Origin: Zootoca vivipara
Lineage: Eukaryota
Reading direction: 5' to 3'
Assembly (NCBI RefSeq): GCF_963506605.1
Contig: NC_083290.1
Span: 248,001 to 312,000, forward strand
DNA: 64,000 nucleotides
Part shown: positions 12,601 through 24,130 of the stretch, in pieces
Layout: each line of letters begins with the position of its first letter
How positions within the stretch are numbered: the first letter of the stretch is position 1
Translations under genes and position numbers: made by a program
The notes under the pieces: model-generated
Seen by the model: only the letters and a program-made list of their open reading frames with translations
Told to the model about the DNA's origin: nothing
Databases searched by the model: none

Positions 12601-13235
12601 CAAAGGGGGGGTCCCCTAAATGCTGTTGGTCAAGTGGTCAGGGATAATCGGAGTCCATTGCCACTTTGTGGGAGAGGGGTGTTCTCCAATCCTGCCCTCT
12701 TAACGTTGGGCCTGATGACAGTTGCAGAAAGAGCCGATAGAAACATAGAACTGTAGAACTGGAAAGATCCCAAGGGTCATCTAGGCCAACCCTCTGCGAT
12801 GCAGGAATCATGAGGCTTGTCAGAGCGGCATCCATCATTGGGGGTGGTGGGACATTACTGTTGGCAAGTCCCAGGTTCATTCCTCAGAATCTCTCCCTAA
12901 AGACAGGTCAGGCAGCAGGGGCTGATGGGAAAGATCCTGAGGATTTGGGGGGGGGGGGAGCATCCTGACCCAGCTCTCTCTCTTCCTTGCGCAGGGATGG
13001 CATTGTGACTGCAGTGGCCAGCCTAAACTTTGACCCCATGGTGGCCATGGTGGCTGAGGTCCTGTACTCGGGGAAGATCATCACCAAGGATGAGGCAGAG
13101 TAAGTTGCATCAGGGTTTCCCCCCAACACAGGTGCTGACCCACACCAGGGCCACGCTTCCTCTGTTTGGGTGACCCCAGCCATCTTGTTTCCTTTCAGGG
13201 CGATGAATGAAGAAGCCCCACCAGAGAAGGCCTAA
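3689..13235 (+). CDS. AIFM3-like Rieske [2Fe-2S] / FAD-NAD(H) oxidoreductase (AIF-like paralogue), 18 coding exons, 532 aa
   Basis: Hand-spliced exons: 3689-3753, 4897-5006, 5095-5204, 6268-6312, 6465-6546, 6644-6756, 8127-8213, 8648-8739, 8910-9040, 9216-9331, 9720-9791, 9898-9961, 10662-10738, 10818-10935, 11284-11382, 12004-12079, 12995-13099, 13199-13235. Total 1599 nt, open, all phases match; GT-AG introns except a GC donor at 8214. Motifs: Rieske CTHAGAPL and RIRCPWHGACF, FAD-binding LLGAGPAA, LPYDKTKLSK, LLIATGS, NAD-binding VGASFIGMEVAA, VFAAGDVA, VPFFWT. Strong Kozak gccATGG. An acceptor at 3679-3680 implies an upstream exon, so the N-terminus could be longer. Confidence 0.92.
4001..4062. 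repeat. (CTCTCC)n microsatellite
   Basis: About 10 perfect hexamer units in intron 1 of the AIFM3-like gene. Confidence 0.95.
7589..7949 (+). mobile_element. Full-length Sauria SINE
   Basis: GGGACCCAGGTGGCGCTGTGGGTTAAACC head, CCTTTACCTTT tail, ~360 bp. 14-bp TSD TATAGAc/tCAATCTA at 7574-7587 and 7950-7963. Confidence 0.9.
7965..8080 (-). mobile_element. Sauria SINE 3' fragment, inverted
   Basis: AAAGGTAAAGGGACCCCTGACC...GACTCTGGGGTTGCAGCGCTCATCTCG...GGTCATGTGGCCA is the reverse complement of the SINE 3' end. Confidence 0.85.
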
Positions 13236-15099
13236 CCTCTCTCCCCACCCCGCAGCCCATGCTAGGATCGGGACCAGGGAGAGGCCATGAGGCTCCTACC
13301 CCCGCCGAGAAAAGAAAAGGCTGGATTTGATCCTAACAGGCACTGAAGCTTCTAATGTTTGCCTAAAATAATTCCTAAAACTCACGTTAGCTTTAAGTTT
13401 CTCACAAACTTTTGAAATTCAGATCTAAACTGTCCTCTCTGCTAGTGTTGAAGGCCAGGAATAAGTGCCTCAGCTGAGCTGCCTCTCCTTCCAAGTAGGG
13501 CCCCCGTGCCATGTTTTTTTTTGGGGGGGGAGAAGGGGCTGCAGCAGCTCAGGGGTGAAGCATCAGCGTCATCTCCATGGAGGGGCTCTGCTCAGACCCC
13601 TGCAGAACAGCTGCCAGCCTGTACAGACAACACTAGATTCTGTGCAGAGGAGGCAGCTGCCTAGATGGTCTTGCAAAATGTAGTATTTGTTCCGATATGA
13701 TTAAGGGTTTTGCCACTTTTGTTCTGAATTAACTGTAGCAGCATTCATAAACAGTTGTCCAAAAAACTCCAGGTGACAGCCTTTAATGTAATAGGATTTT
13801 TGCAGGTGGATCCCCCTGAAGGAGATTTGATGGGGAGAGGTAGAGAGTTCCACTCTTGGCCAGCAGAGGGTGCCCTTGCCCCAGCTCTGGCTGCACTCTG
13901 GTCAGCTCACTTCCTCATTGACTGGAGGTTCCCTGGGACCAGGGCAGAGGGAAAGGGGGCCCAAGGCATGCCCTGCCCCCCCCTCGGCTCCCCACCCCCG
14001 CCCCCCACTCAGGAAGGCTGACCAATTTCTCAGCTGCATCACCAGTCAGGCAAGTGTCGGGCAGGGTTGGGCCACCCCAGGCAGAAAGACTTGTGGGTAG
14101 GTGGGATTTCGTTGAGATTCCTGCATTGCAGGGGATTGGACTAGATGACCCTTGGGGATCCCTTCCAACTCTATGGTTCTATGACCAGTTTGGAGGAGCC
14201 TCTGCTACAGAACCATCTTAAGGAGGGAGGGGAGGAAAGGCACCTCGCAAAGAGCGGCTCGGCCTCAGTATTGCACAGAAGGGGTACCACCATGTACCCT
14301 GGAAGAGCTCGGGGGCACCCTGGTGGGGCAAAGGCTGAATCCCTGCCAGGCAGCTTCCAAGGAGAGATCCCTGAGCTCAGAGACAGAACAGCTGCCTTGC
14401 ATGCAATGAAGGCCCCAGGTATCAATTCCAGGGAGTTCTGCCTCCGACAGACCTTTGAGGGCCAGGCAGGAAGGAGGGGTGTTCCCCTGCTTCTATAGCA
14501 AGAGCCCCACAAAAACCATTTCCAAAAATGCCTACCAAGCTCATTTAGCTAAAGCAGACAAAAGATCCCCTTAAAAGAGGCTCCCAGCAGGAAAGCAGAA
14601 CTGGACCAAATAAGCTGACACAGGATCCTGGCTGAGAAGAGGGCGGGGGGGGGGGAGGCTAGCCTGTCCTTTCACCCTCCCACTAGACAGTGGGAAGGCC
14701 AGGCCCCCTACCCCCCCCCAAGCTGTGGTGGTCGGGCTCCCATTCTGCCACCCACCCCACACAACTGCACAAAGTATCTGTGAAGCTCTCAGGTGGATGT
14801 GGCTGGATGCCCACCTGTCCTCGCTTGCTCCACAGAGGAATTCCCCCAACAGACTAGAGGCCCCAACCAGGGTCTCCTTTCCTGGGGAGGGAGAGCACTG
14901 AGCTCCTCCCTTAACCCTCCTTGAGCTGCCATTTTCCTCTCTCGCAAGCCCACACCCTTTCATCAGTGGCTGTCTGTCTCTATGTGGTGGGAGCACCAGC
15001 AGGGCTGGAACAGAAGTAGGTGGGGGAAACGGCTAAGCAGAGCTGCTGAGAAAGTCCCCTATCTGGCTGCCCACCAACACCAGCTCCCAGCTGGGGCTG

Positions 15100-18000
15100 C
15101 CACGTTGCCCTCGGACCCCCAAGCAAGGCCAGAGCCCCGCGCTGCGCGGAAGAGACGTCCGACTTACCCGGAGGCCGCCGCGGCGAGGCTCGTCCACACC
15201 CATCCGGAGGCGCCGTCGGGGCAGGAGAGGAGCAGCCACGGCCAACAGTTCTTCAACTGGCAGCTTTAGTTGCGAGAGGGGAGACGTAAAGCATGCCACT
15301 GAAGAACTGCTGCGCGGTAGCCAGGCGGACCCACCAGGCGCAGAGCCTGCGGAGCGAGCGGGGACACGTTAGACGGCACGCACAGACCCCCGGCGGGCAG
15401 ACACGGGCGCGCAGCTGCCGCCGCCTCCCTCCCAGCCGCCCCAGGCAGCCGCCGCCGCCGCTCTGGCCCGGCGAAGGGAAGCCCTGCGCAGCCTCCCCGC
15501 CTGCCTCCTCCTCCTCCCCAGGCGGCGGCGGCGGCGGCGCCCTCTCTGGCCTCCGGCTGGATGCCTAAGGAACCAGCAGCTTCCGCCAGAGCAGCTCTGA
15601 CTCATCCCCGCTGGAGCGCCGCTCGGCCAAAGGGCTCCGCTCGCCTGCCCGCCCCCCTCGGGGCCCCGGCGCGGCACGCCCCCTCGGCCCGGCCAAAGGC
15701 AGCACCTCCACCACGGGGACCCTCGCCGGACGCCGGGCAGTAGGGAGCCCGGCTCCGGGGCCGCCCCGCCTTACCCAGCCGAGAGGCGCGACGCAACGCG
15801 CATTCCACGCGCGTTTGCTCCGGATGCTCCGCATTCCAGCCCGTCCGCCGGCCCCTTCGGCGGTGGCCGCGCTGAACTTCGGCCCGAAGGCGGCCCGGCC
15901 GGACTCCACCCCTCCTGCCGGGGGCTCCGAGGCAAGCAGCAGCAGCCGACCTGGGCCAAGGCTGCGGCCCGGGCGCGCTCCGACGGCGCAGCGCAAGAAG
16001 GGGCCCCGTGCTGTCCTTGGGGCGCTGCCTGGACGCCTCCCTGGCAGGGCGCGCCAAACTTTCCCGGAGTGGGATGAGGAGTTGGCCGCCCGGGTAACAA
16101 GGCGGCTGGTCTCGGGACACTCCCTCGGGGTGGAGGGACAACCGCACGCGTTACCCCCGGCCGGGTCTGCGCATAGGTCGGTCGCGGGGTAGCGAGACGC
16201 CCCTCCCCCCGAGGGCCCCAGGCAGGGCCGGGCACAAGGGAAGGTGACCTCCGGCGACGGCGGGGCGGGTGCCACCCACTGGAAACCCTATAACCGGCCT
16301 CTGGTTGCATAAGCGGCGCCGGCCGCAGCCCCGTCGCGGCAGCCCCGCCGAGTAACCCTTTCGCCCCCACCCCGAAGTAGGGCAGACAGGGACCCCGCTT
16401 GGCCCGGGAGGGGGAGGGAGCAGCAGGGGGCAAGTGGGAGTCAGCGGGGACCCCTGGGCGGCCACCTCCGTCGAGGGAGGAACCCCCGCCACCTCTGTCA
16501 TTCCGGGGTAGGAACTCCGCAGTTGGCCGAAGGGACCCCGGCTCAAGGGCCGGGACTCGCGGCTCGGCGCCCCTTACCCTCTCCCTCTCCGCCGGCCGCC
16601 TGCCTGCCTGCCCTCCCCGCCGCACTCACCGGCTCCCGCTGCCTCTGATCAGCTGGCGGCCTCGCCTGCCACCCAGTCGCCGCCCCCCGATTGGCAAGCG
16701 GGCCGAGCCAATCAGCGCCTGCGGGGACCTCCCTCGGCCCTGAGCCCCCGCCCCATCCCGCTGCAACGTGCGAGCCAAGCCGGCCGTGATTGACAGGGGC
16801 TGAGCCGGGGAGGGGAGCGGAGAGGGGGCTCGGCTGGCTGGCCCAGGGAGACCCCGCCACCGCGCCAGGGGTTGCCGGGAAATGTAGTTTGGGGAGCACC
16901 GGCTCCGGGAACCTCCCGACATGCCCGGCGCCGCCACTGTGAGTTGGCATTTTCGAGGGGAGTCAAAGATTGCGGCGGGGCGAGCCCGTTTGGGGGGGGG
17001 CAGGAAAGAGCCTCGCGCGCGCATCTGGGCTCTCTAGAATCGGAGGGGGCCCTCGAATGAATGCAATAGGGAAAAGCGGCCGGGGGGGGTCATCCCTGGC
17101 AATTGATGCCATTAATGCTCATTGCAATACTTTCTGTCTTGCTCGCCAGCCCTTGGCCCGCTTTCGCTTTGCAAGCCAACCCCCCCCCCCCAATCCGCCC
17201 CCGTTTCTTTGCTCCTGGGGTCGCGCGCACTGCAGCTTTAACGAGAGTTCCAGCTCAATGACGCAGGCAAAGATTCCGAGATGTTGCAAACTGCGGGAGC
17301 CAATCGGAAGCGCCTCTCTGGTCCTTCTTCGCCGCCCGCCAATCGGAGCCCGTCCAGGGGGCGTGGCCCAGGGAACTCAGTTGAACTCGGTGACTTGGCA
17401 ATCCGGGCCGGGCGGACGATGACTGCGCAAATTGTTTAAAGGGACAGACGCCCGATCTGCCCTGCTGCGCCTCCCGCACATAGCTGCCAAGTTTTCCCTT
17501 TTCTCGCGAGGAAGCCTATTCAGCATAAGGGAAAATCCCTTTAAAAAAGGGATAACTTGGCAGCTATGCACTCCCGCAGCGGGTGGGGGTGGGGAGCTCC
17601 GCGGGAGAACTCTGGAGAGAAGTGCCGGCAATTGTGGCGGGGGAAGAATGGCGAAACAAGAGCGCCCCGGAGCATGTGCAAAGGACTCCTCACGGCCGGC
17701 TCGGTCTCGGAGCCTATTTTAAAGCCCTGGTGATGGCGCAGGCCCAGTTTCTTTGCATTCACGTCTTGGGCTTGGGCGCGGCGGGGTGCGCTGGCCTGGG
17801 CGAGAGGGAGGCGCCTCTGGGTGTCTGGAGATGTGTTATTGGTGGGAAGACATAGTGGCGTCGTGTGAACGCACCACGTTTGACGTCTGTTGCCTTAAAG
17901 GCTACCGAGCGCTGCCAATGTGAGGATGAGTCAGGGGGATTCACATCTGCTCCCCCACCTGGGCCGCCGCTTGCCCAGATGCGCTCGCCTTACACGTGCG

Positions 18001-18600
18001 AACCAATTGCCCTTGGCAAAACCGTTCTAGCTACTCAGCTGGTGGGGGCGGAGGAATAGTGATTCGCGCTAAACGGGGGGCAGTCTCTGAGCACATGCAG
18101 AGTGCTTGTCCATTCCCCATACAGTAGTCGCAGAGGCCCGTCTCTGCCCTCCGGAGATTTTTCCAGGACAAAGGCGGAGCCCTGACCTCCAGGACCTATT
18201 CTAACTGCCGCCCCTCTCTCGGTACAGAAGCACCGTTTTGAAGCCTATGAACCACCGCATTGCATTCACACGAACACCCTCAGCGAAGCTTCTGCCCCTT
18301 TAAGAAAGTTTGGCCGCCCTTCGCCCCAGTAACAGCTGATGGATGCAAAGCAGCAACCGGGCCCTCAGGGGGCCAATCAGCTCTTTCCACATCCCGCCCA
18401 CGTGATTACCACGCGCCCGAGAAGCCGCAGCGGCGGCCGTGCAATCAACCGGGGGGGGGGCAGCCCACGTGCGCCACTTCCCCGAAATTGGATCTTAAAG
18501 GGGCCGCCGGCTGCATACTCCCGCCCCCCCCCACTCCGAGGGAAGCCCCCTTGCTCTCAGCGGTGGAAAATCACGAAGCACCGCGTTGCGAGTTAGGTTT
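15100..18600. promoter_or_regulatory. MIR22HG: CpG island / MIR22 host-gene promoter (probably bidirectional)
   Basis: Very high CpG density. Minus-strand consensus donor CCG|GTGAGT at ~16624-16632, opposed CCAAT boxes at ~16690 and ~16708, ACTACATTTCCC (ZNF143/THAP11-type) motif at 16877-16888 (-), and a second CCAAT/CCAAT/GC-box cluster at 17300-17370. Confidence 0.75.
15240..15315 (-). ncRNA. MIR22: microRNA precursor mir-22
   Basis: The reverse complement of 15245-15266 is AAGCUGCCAGUUGAAGAACUGU, the canonical miR-22-3p. The 5p arm at 15287-15308 reads AGUUCUUCAGUGGCAUGCUUUA. The arms pair around a 20-nt loop, and the position relative to WDR81 is syntenic. Confidence 0.98.
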
Positions 18601-18644
18601 TCTTTGCACGTGTAGACAGCAGCAGGTGGGCCAAGCCAGCCTTT

Positions 18645-19730
18645 CATAGAATCAGAGTTGGAAGAGACCAGGAGGGCCATCCAGTCCATAGAATCATAGA
18701 GCTGGAAGATACCTCAAGGGCCATCCAGTCCAACCCCCTGCCAAGCAGGAAACACCATCAAAGCATTCTTGACATATGCCTGTCAAGCCTCTGCTGTCAA
18801 GCCATATGCCTGTCAAGACCTCCAAAGAAGGAGACTCCACCACACTCCTTGGCAGCAAATTCCACTGCCAAACAGCTCTTACTGTCAGGCAAGTTCTTCC
18901 TAATGTTTAGGTGGAATCTTCTTTCTTGTAGTTTGAATCCATTGCTCAGTGTCCGCTTCTCTGGAGCAGCAGAAAACAATCTTTCTTCCTCCTCCATATG
19001 ACATTCCTCATAAGGCATCGTTTCCAGGCCTTTGACCATTTTGGTTGCCCTCTTCTGGACACATTCCAGCTTGTCAGTATCCTTCTTGAACTGTGGTGCC
19101 CAGAACTGGACACAGTACTCCAGGTGAGGTCTGATCAGAGCAGAATACAGTGGTACTATTACTTCCCTTGATCTAGATTCTATATTCCTATTGATGCAGC
19201 CCAGAATTGCATTGGCTTTTTTAGCTGCTGCATCACACTGTTGACTCATGTCAAGTTTGTGGTCTACCAAGACTCCTAGATCCTTTTCACATGTACTGCT
19301 CTCAAGCCAGGTGTCTCCCATCCTGTATTTGTGCCTTTCATTTCTTTTGCCCAAGTGTAGTACTTTACATTTCTCCTTGTTAAAATTCATCTTGTTTGCT
19401 TTGGCCCAGTTGTCTAATCTGTTAAGGTCATTTTGAAGTGTGATCCTGTCCTCTGGGGTATCAGCCACCCCTCCCAATTTGGTGTCTTCTGCAAACTTGC
19501 TCAGGATGCCCTCAAGCCTATCATCTAATTCATTGATAAAGATGTTGAATAAGACTGGGCCCAAGACAGAACCCTGTGGCACCCCCCTGTCCAACCCCCT
19601 GCCGAGCAGGAAACACCATCAAAGCATTCTTGACATATGGCTGTCAAGCCTCTGCTTAAAGACCTCCAAAGAAGGAGACTCCACCACACTCCTTGGCAGC
19701 AAATTCCACTGTCGAACAGCTCTTACTGAC
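18645..19730 (-). mobile_element. Young CR1 LINE (RT C-terminal half) nested in a short CR1 3' fragment
   Basis: ORF 18797-19594 has [18 protein letters not shown]...[10 protein letters not shown]...[13 protein letters not shown]. (ATTCTATG)-type tails occur at 18645 and 18687. Confidence 0.95.
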
Positions 19731-22690
19731 TAAATTGGAGCAATGGCTCATCCTAAGGACAAGGCGGGCCCTGCTGGCTCAGGCCACAGCTAGCCCACAA
19801 TAGTCCAGGGAGTGCCCTGTTCTCCCAGTGGCTGGACAGTGAGAAACCAGCAAGCAGGATCCAGGTGCAAGGGTAGAAATCAAAGCACTGCTGCCTGTAG
19901 GTGTGGAAGCAGAGTGTGGCCACAGTGGCTGAGAGCCATCAAGAGTCCTCCCCTCCATGACCCAAGAGCCACATGCAGAAGGTCCAGGCAGAGATGGGAG
20001 GAGACACTTTGGCCCAAACCCTGGCCAGCTGCTTGTGTTGAGAGTGGGGCACAGAGTAGCAGCCTAGGCCTGATGCAGCCTAGGCCTTTCCCTCCTGCTC
20101 TTTTGCTACTCTGACACTGGCCAGGCACAAATGGACGCATCCTGCCCGAAGAGGATTGCAGCCTAACTGAGAGGCTGGGGAGGGAGAGGGAAGAGGCCCA
20201 TTGCCAAATCCTGGCCACGGAATCAGCCACGAGGCAGAAGTCCAGCATGGAGGAAGCAGGTGAATGTTGGAAGGTGGAAGGATGGTGGGGCTCTAGATAT
20301 GATAGATGTGTATTGCAAAGGCTTCTGAAAGGGGAGAAGGAGGAGGCGGCCGATTGGCTGGAGGGAGACTTTGCTAAGCCCTAATTAGCCTAAGCGGCTT
20401 TTGGAGATGGCTTCCTAGTCGTCAGTCTCTGGCAAGGAAGCCAAGGGGCCAAAAGGGCCCAGAGGGAGGCAGAGGATTTTTAAGCAGGGCTGCCTGCCAG
20501 GGATTCTTTAGCCATGATTTATGCATTGCAGCAGGTTGGACTAGATGACGCTTGGGGGTCCCTTCCACCTCTACAATTCTATGATTTTATTATTCTATTC
20601 TTCTGCCTCTTTGGTCAGGTTCAAGGGGGGCACTTTGGGAGGGCTGTGGGGGCTGCTGCCTGTGAGGGTGAGGATCGAAGGCACAGGAGGCAAAGAAGCC
20701 AAGCACACGGGCACAGAGCCCCTGCTTGGCATGCAGATGGCTCTGCCCCACTGGCGGCATCTCCAGGTAGGCCTGAAGCCCTGGGAGAGCCACTGCTGCT
20801 GATCCATGTGGACCATCAGATTCTTCTGATGGAGGAGAGGGCTATCTGTGGCCACTAACCACAAGGACTCTGCTCTGCAAGTTGGGAGGCAGTAAATGCT
20901 TCTGAATCCTGGTTGCTGGAAACTGCAGGAGGGGAGAGGGCTCTTGCGCTCGGATCCTGCTTGCGGGTTCTCTATTTAGGCACCTGGCTGGTGACTGTGA
21001 GGACAGGATGCTGGAACGGATGGGCCACTGGCCTGATCCAGCAGGCACTTCTGATGTTCTTATGACTCAGCAGAAGGCGGCTTCTCTTGTCCCTGTGAGG
21101 AAGCAGGCCAGGAAGCTTCAGGAGGGCTGTTGAGAGAGGATTGTTTATTCCCCCAAGCTTGACACAGCAGCTTCTATTTCACCCAAACACACTGACCTCT
21201 TCCTCTAGCCTGCCTTGGCAACTTAGTCCCTAGAGGTGACCTGTTACATAGTGACCAGGTGCCCCAGGAGAGACAGGAACGGGGTGGGCGCTTTCAAAAG
21301 GGACCACCAACTCGCTCCTGGTGGCTGCAACTCCTTTTCCTCCCTCTGGAGTCTGCCAATCCCTCACCCAGAAAGTTGCTTGTCCCTTCCTCCTCTGGGT
21401 AAGCCCCTGCGCCCCCTTCTCCCCTCCCCAGTCCTGAATTGCCTCTCTCTCCTGTCCTTGCAGGACTCCTGGGCTGCCAAGGCCCCTCCAGACCCTGCCA
21501 GAAGTTGCAGAGCGGATCAGGCTGCTGCGCATGAGCCAATGCCCCAGCAATGTCAACTATGCACCTCCGCCCTTCCTGCAGCATGTGGGCCTGACGGAGC
21601 CCTGGAGGCAGCTCAGGGCGGCAGGGGACTCCCTTTCCAGCCAGAGAGACACAGAGGTGCCCAGGGGTGGTGCCACAGCCCGGCAGCCCCCCTGGAAGGG
21701 GGAAGGTACCCAGGGAGGTCTATTCCACACCCTTCCCTTTTGTTCTGGCCCAGGAGGAGCAGGACAAACCCACCTGGGCAGAAAAGGCCCCCATAAGCAG
21801 CTCCTGGTTCTCCCGCCAGACCTTGCCTGCATGTGTGAACACAGGTGTAAAGGGCACCATCCTGAGGGATGCCACGTGGGAGGGGGAAAGGCAGCCTCTG
21901 CCTGGGCCCCTCCGCCCTCAGCAGCCACGGGGGGCGTAGAGGGAGGGAGCCTTGCTTGTCTCACTCTCCAGACATTCCTGGATGAGTCATGGGAGGAGGC
22001 GGAGGCAGAGGAATGCTCTGTGGCTACAGGGGCAGCAGCAGAAATCCAGCAGTCGTGGCCTTCGCTCTTCCCATGTCACCTGAACCTCCCCCCCCCATTG
22101 GCCTGGAGGGTGTGGGGAGGCCAGAGAGCAGCTGACCCATAGCTGGAGGCCTGGAGCAAGAGAGTTGGCTGCAGAGATGGGGTGAGGAAGGTGGACCTAG
22201 GCCCAGGCAGCTGCTTTTGCTTCGGGGGACCCAGGTCTATCTCACGACGCTAGGTGCCAACCAGGAGGGCTGCGGCAGAATCATAGAGTTATACAGCTGG
22301 AAGGGTCCCCCCAGTGTCATCTAGTCCAACCCCCTGCGATTCAGGAATGCAGCTAGAGAGGAAGGCATCCAACCCATGTTTGGAAACCTTCAATGAAGAA
22401 GGCAGGAGGCTTTCCTTGGGGAAAATAGTTTCTGAGCCATCTCAGTGAAGTAAAATTTAAGCTGGTTCCTATGAACCCAGAGAAATGGATCCTGACCCAG
22501 GGAGAGCCCAAGGATCCAGGCAAGCAGGCACGATGTTGCCGCTGGCCGTAGAATGACAGACCTCCCCTTTCATGATGTACCTATGATGAATCTAGGGAGA
22601 GGGGTCTTGGGCTACACCCCTTCTGTGACATATTCTGTCTTCCTGTGCTGCTTCAGACATGTTTCTGTACATTCATGTACATGTTTTATG

Positions 22691-22693
<3 letters not shown>

Positions 22694-22741
<48 letters not shown>
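22694..22741. repeat. (TA)n microsatellite
   Basis: About 24 perfect dinucleotide units. Confidence 0.97.
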
Positions 22742-22743
<2 letters not shown>

Positions 22744-22839
22744 CCTCAAAATTCTTATAACATCAGCTAGAAAGCTGGCTCTTCCCGTAGGGATTTCTAA
22801 TAATAATAATAATAAGAAGAACCAACTCCTCTCCTAGGG

Positions 22840-23400
22840 AAGGGGGCCGCAGCCGCGGCCCCCTCCGCTTCTGCGTTAGATGGAAGACACGAGGAAGAGG
22901 CTCACACTCCCAGGCTCTCCCGTCGGCCCTGCCCGACGTCACCCATCGCCAGCCCCGTTAGTGCCAGAGCCTTTACGAGCCGCTGCCTCGCCAGCGCCAC
23001 TTTCCCGACTGCGGCCTCGGGGCGCCTTTGCGCCGCTCTGACCTCCGCAGAACCTCCTCCTGGCCGCTTGGCCTCCCCTCCCGCCGCCGCCCGGGACTGA
23101 AATAGCGGCCGCCGCCGGGCTATGTATAGGCGGCTGCCTCGGGCACCCAGCGGGGACTTATGTAACTCACCTTGGCCGCCCCTGGCCAGGGCAGCGCAGC
23201 ATCTCCGGCGCACCTGTGCGGCGCCCATCCCCGTGGCCGCGCGCGCGCACCCATCCGGGCACCGACCCGTTTCTCTAGAGTCCACATTGGACAGGGGAGA
23301 ACTCGGGCAACGCTGCCCTGCTCACCCCTCCGGGAAGGAGGTTTCTTTTATTCCCATTTCCCAGAGGGGAGACTGAGGCTGAGAGCGCGCGCAGCTCATC
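22840..23400. promoter_or_regulatory. Orphan CpG island (enhancer or alternative promoter)
   Basis: CpG-dense, no credible ORF. Contains TTATGTAAC (23158-23166) and a minus-strand AAG|GTGAGT donor (23165-23173). Confidence 0.5.
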
Positions 23401-24110
23401 CCAGGAAGGCGACAGCCACCCACATCTCCCCCATGGTGCTTTGCCGTCCCCTCGCAGTCCTCTCCCCCTCAGGAGCCCCTGGCTGCCCCTCTCCCACTCA
23501 GTCTCAGACCCCTGGCCCGTCACCGGAGGAGGGAGGGTCATCAGCCGTGCGAATGCCTGCGGACACAGCTAAGGAGTTCGCTCAGAAGCAGGCAAGCCTC
23601 TCCTCTCCCTCCAGTGACCATTTTACACACACACACCCCTGCTGTGAGAGGAGAAGCCCCTCAGGGGTGGGCAGGCGAGAATGCCGGGCTGGGACCTCTG
23701 AGAGACCCCGACTTCAGTTCCTGCTCAGCCAGGAAGGTCATTGGGTGACCCTGGGCCACGCACGGTCTCTTTCTTAGCCCAACTCCTCTCACAGGGCTGG
23801 TTGCGAGGATAAAAACGGAAGGTGGGATAGAAATAGGAAGAGGGTGACCCGCTGGTGGGTCAAAACTGACCCCTTTTCTGAACCAATCAAAGGTACCGTA
23901 TTTTTCAGTTTTTAAAAAGCAAGCAACTTTCACAAGCGGCGAAAATACATTTTATCCACTGCGCTGTGCGCTGTCGGTGGGGAGGGAGTAGAGACTAAAA
24001 GCAGCAGCAGCAGCAGCAGCAAGGGAACATAGGAGACCCTCGACTTGCTCTCCTTAAGGCTCACCCAAAAGTTTCCCGAAGGAAAACCCATTTATCTAAA
24101 AACCTGGCTG

Positions 24111-24130
24111 GGGCGCCATCTGCTGGCCAC
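24111..24130 (-). promoter_or_regulatory. CTCF-binding motif
   Basis: The reverse complement GTGGCCAGCAGATGGCGCCC matches the CTCF core CCASYAGRKGGCRS. Confidence 0.65.

Noticed and set aside
15293-17722. Many 100-280-aa Pro/Arg/Gly/Ala-rich ORFs
   Set aside because: Expected stop-codon depletion in a CpG island.
18797-19594. Reverse transcriptase ORF as a domesticated gene or novel RT system
   Set aside because: 5'-truncated CR1 copy with a mutated catalytic motif (FAED) and near-identical siblings elsewhere in the window.
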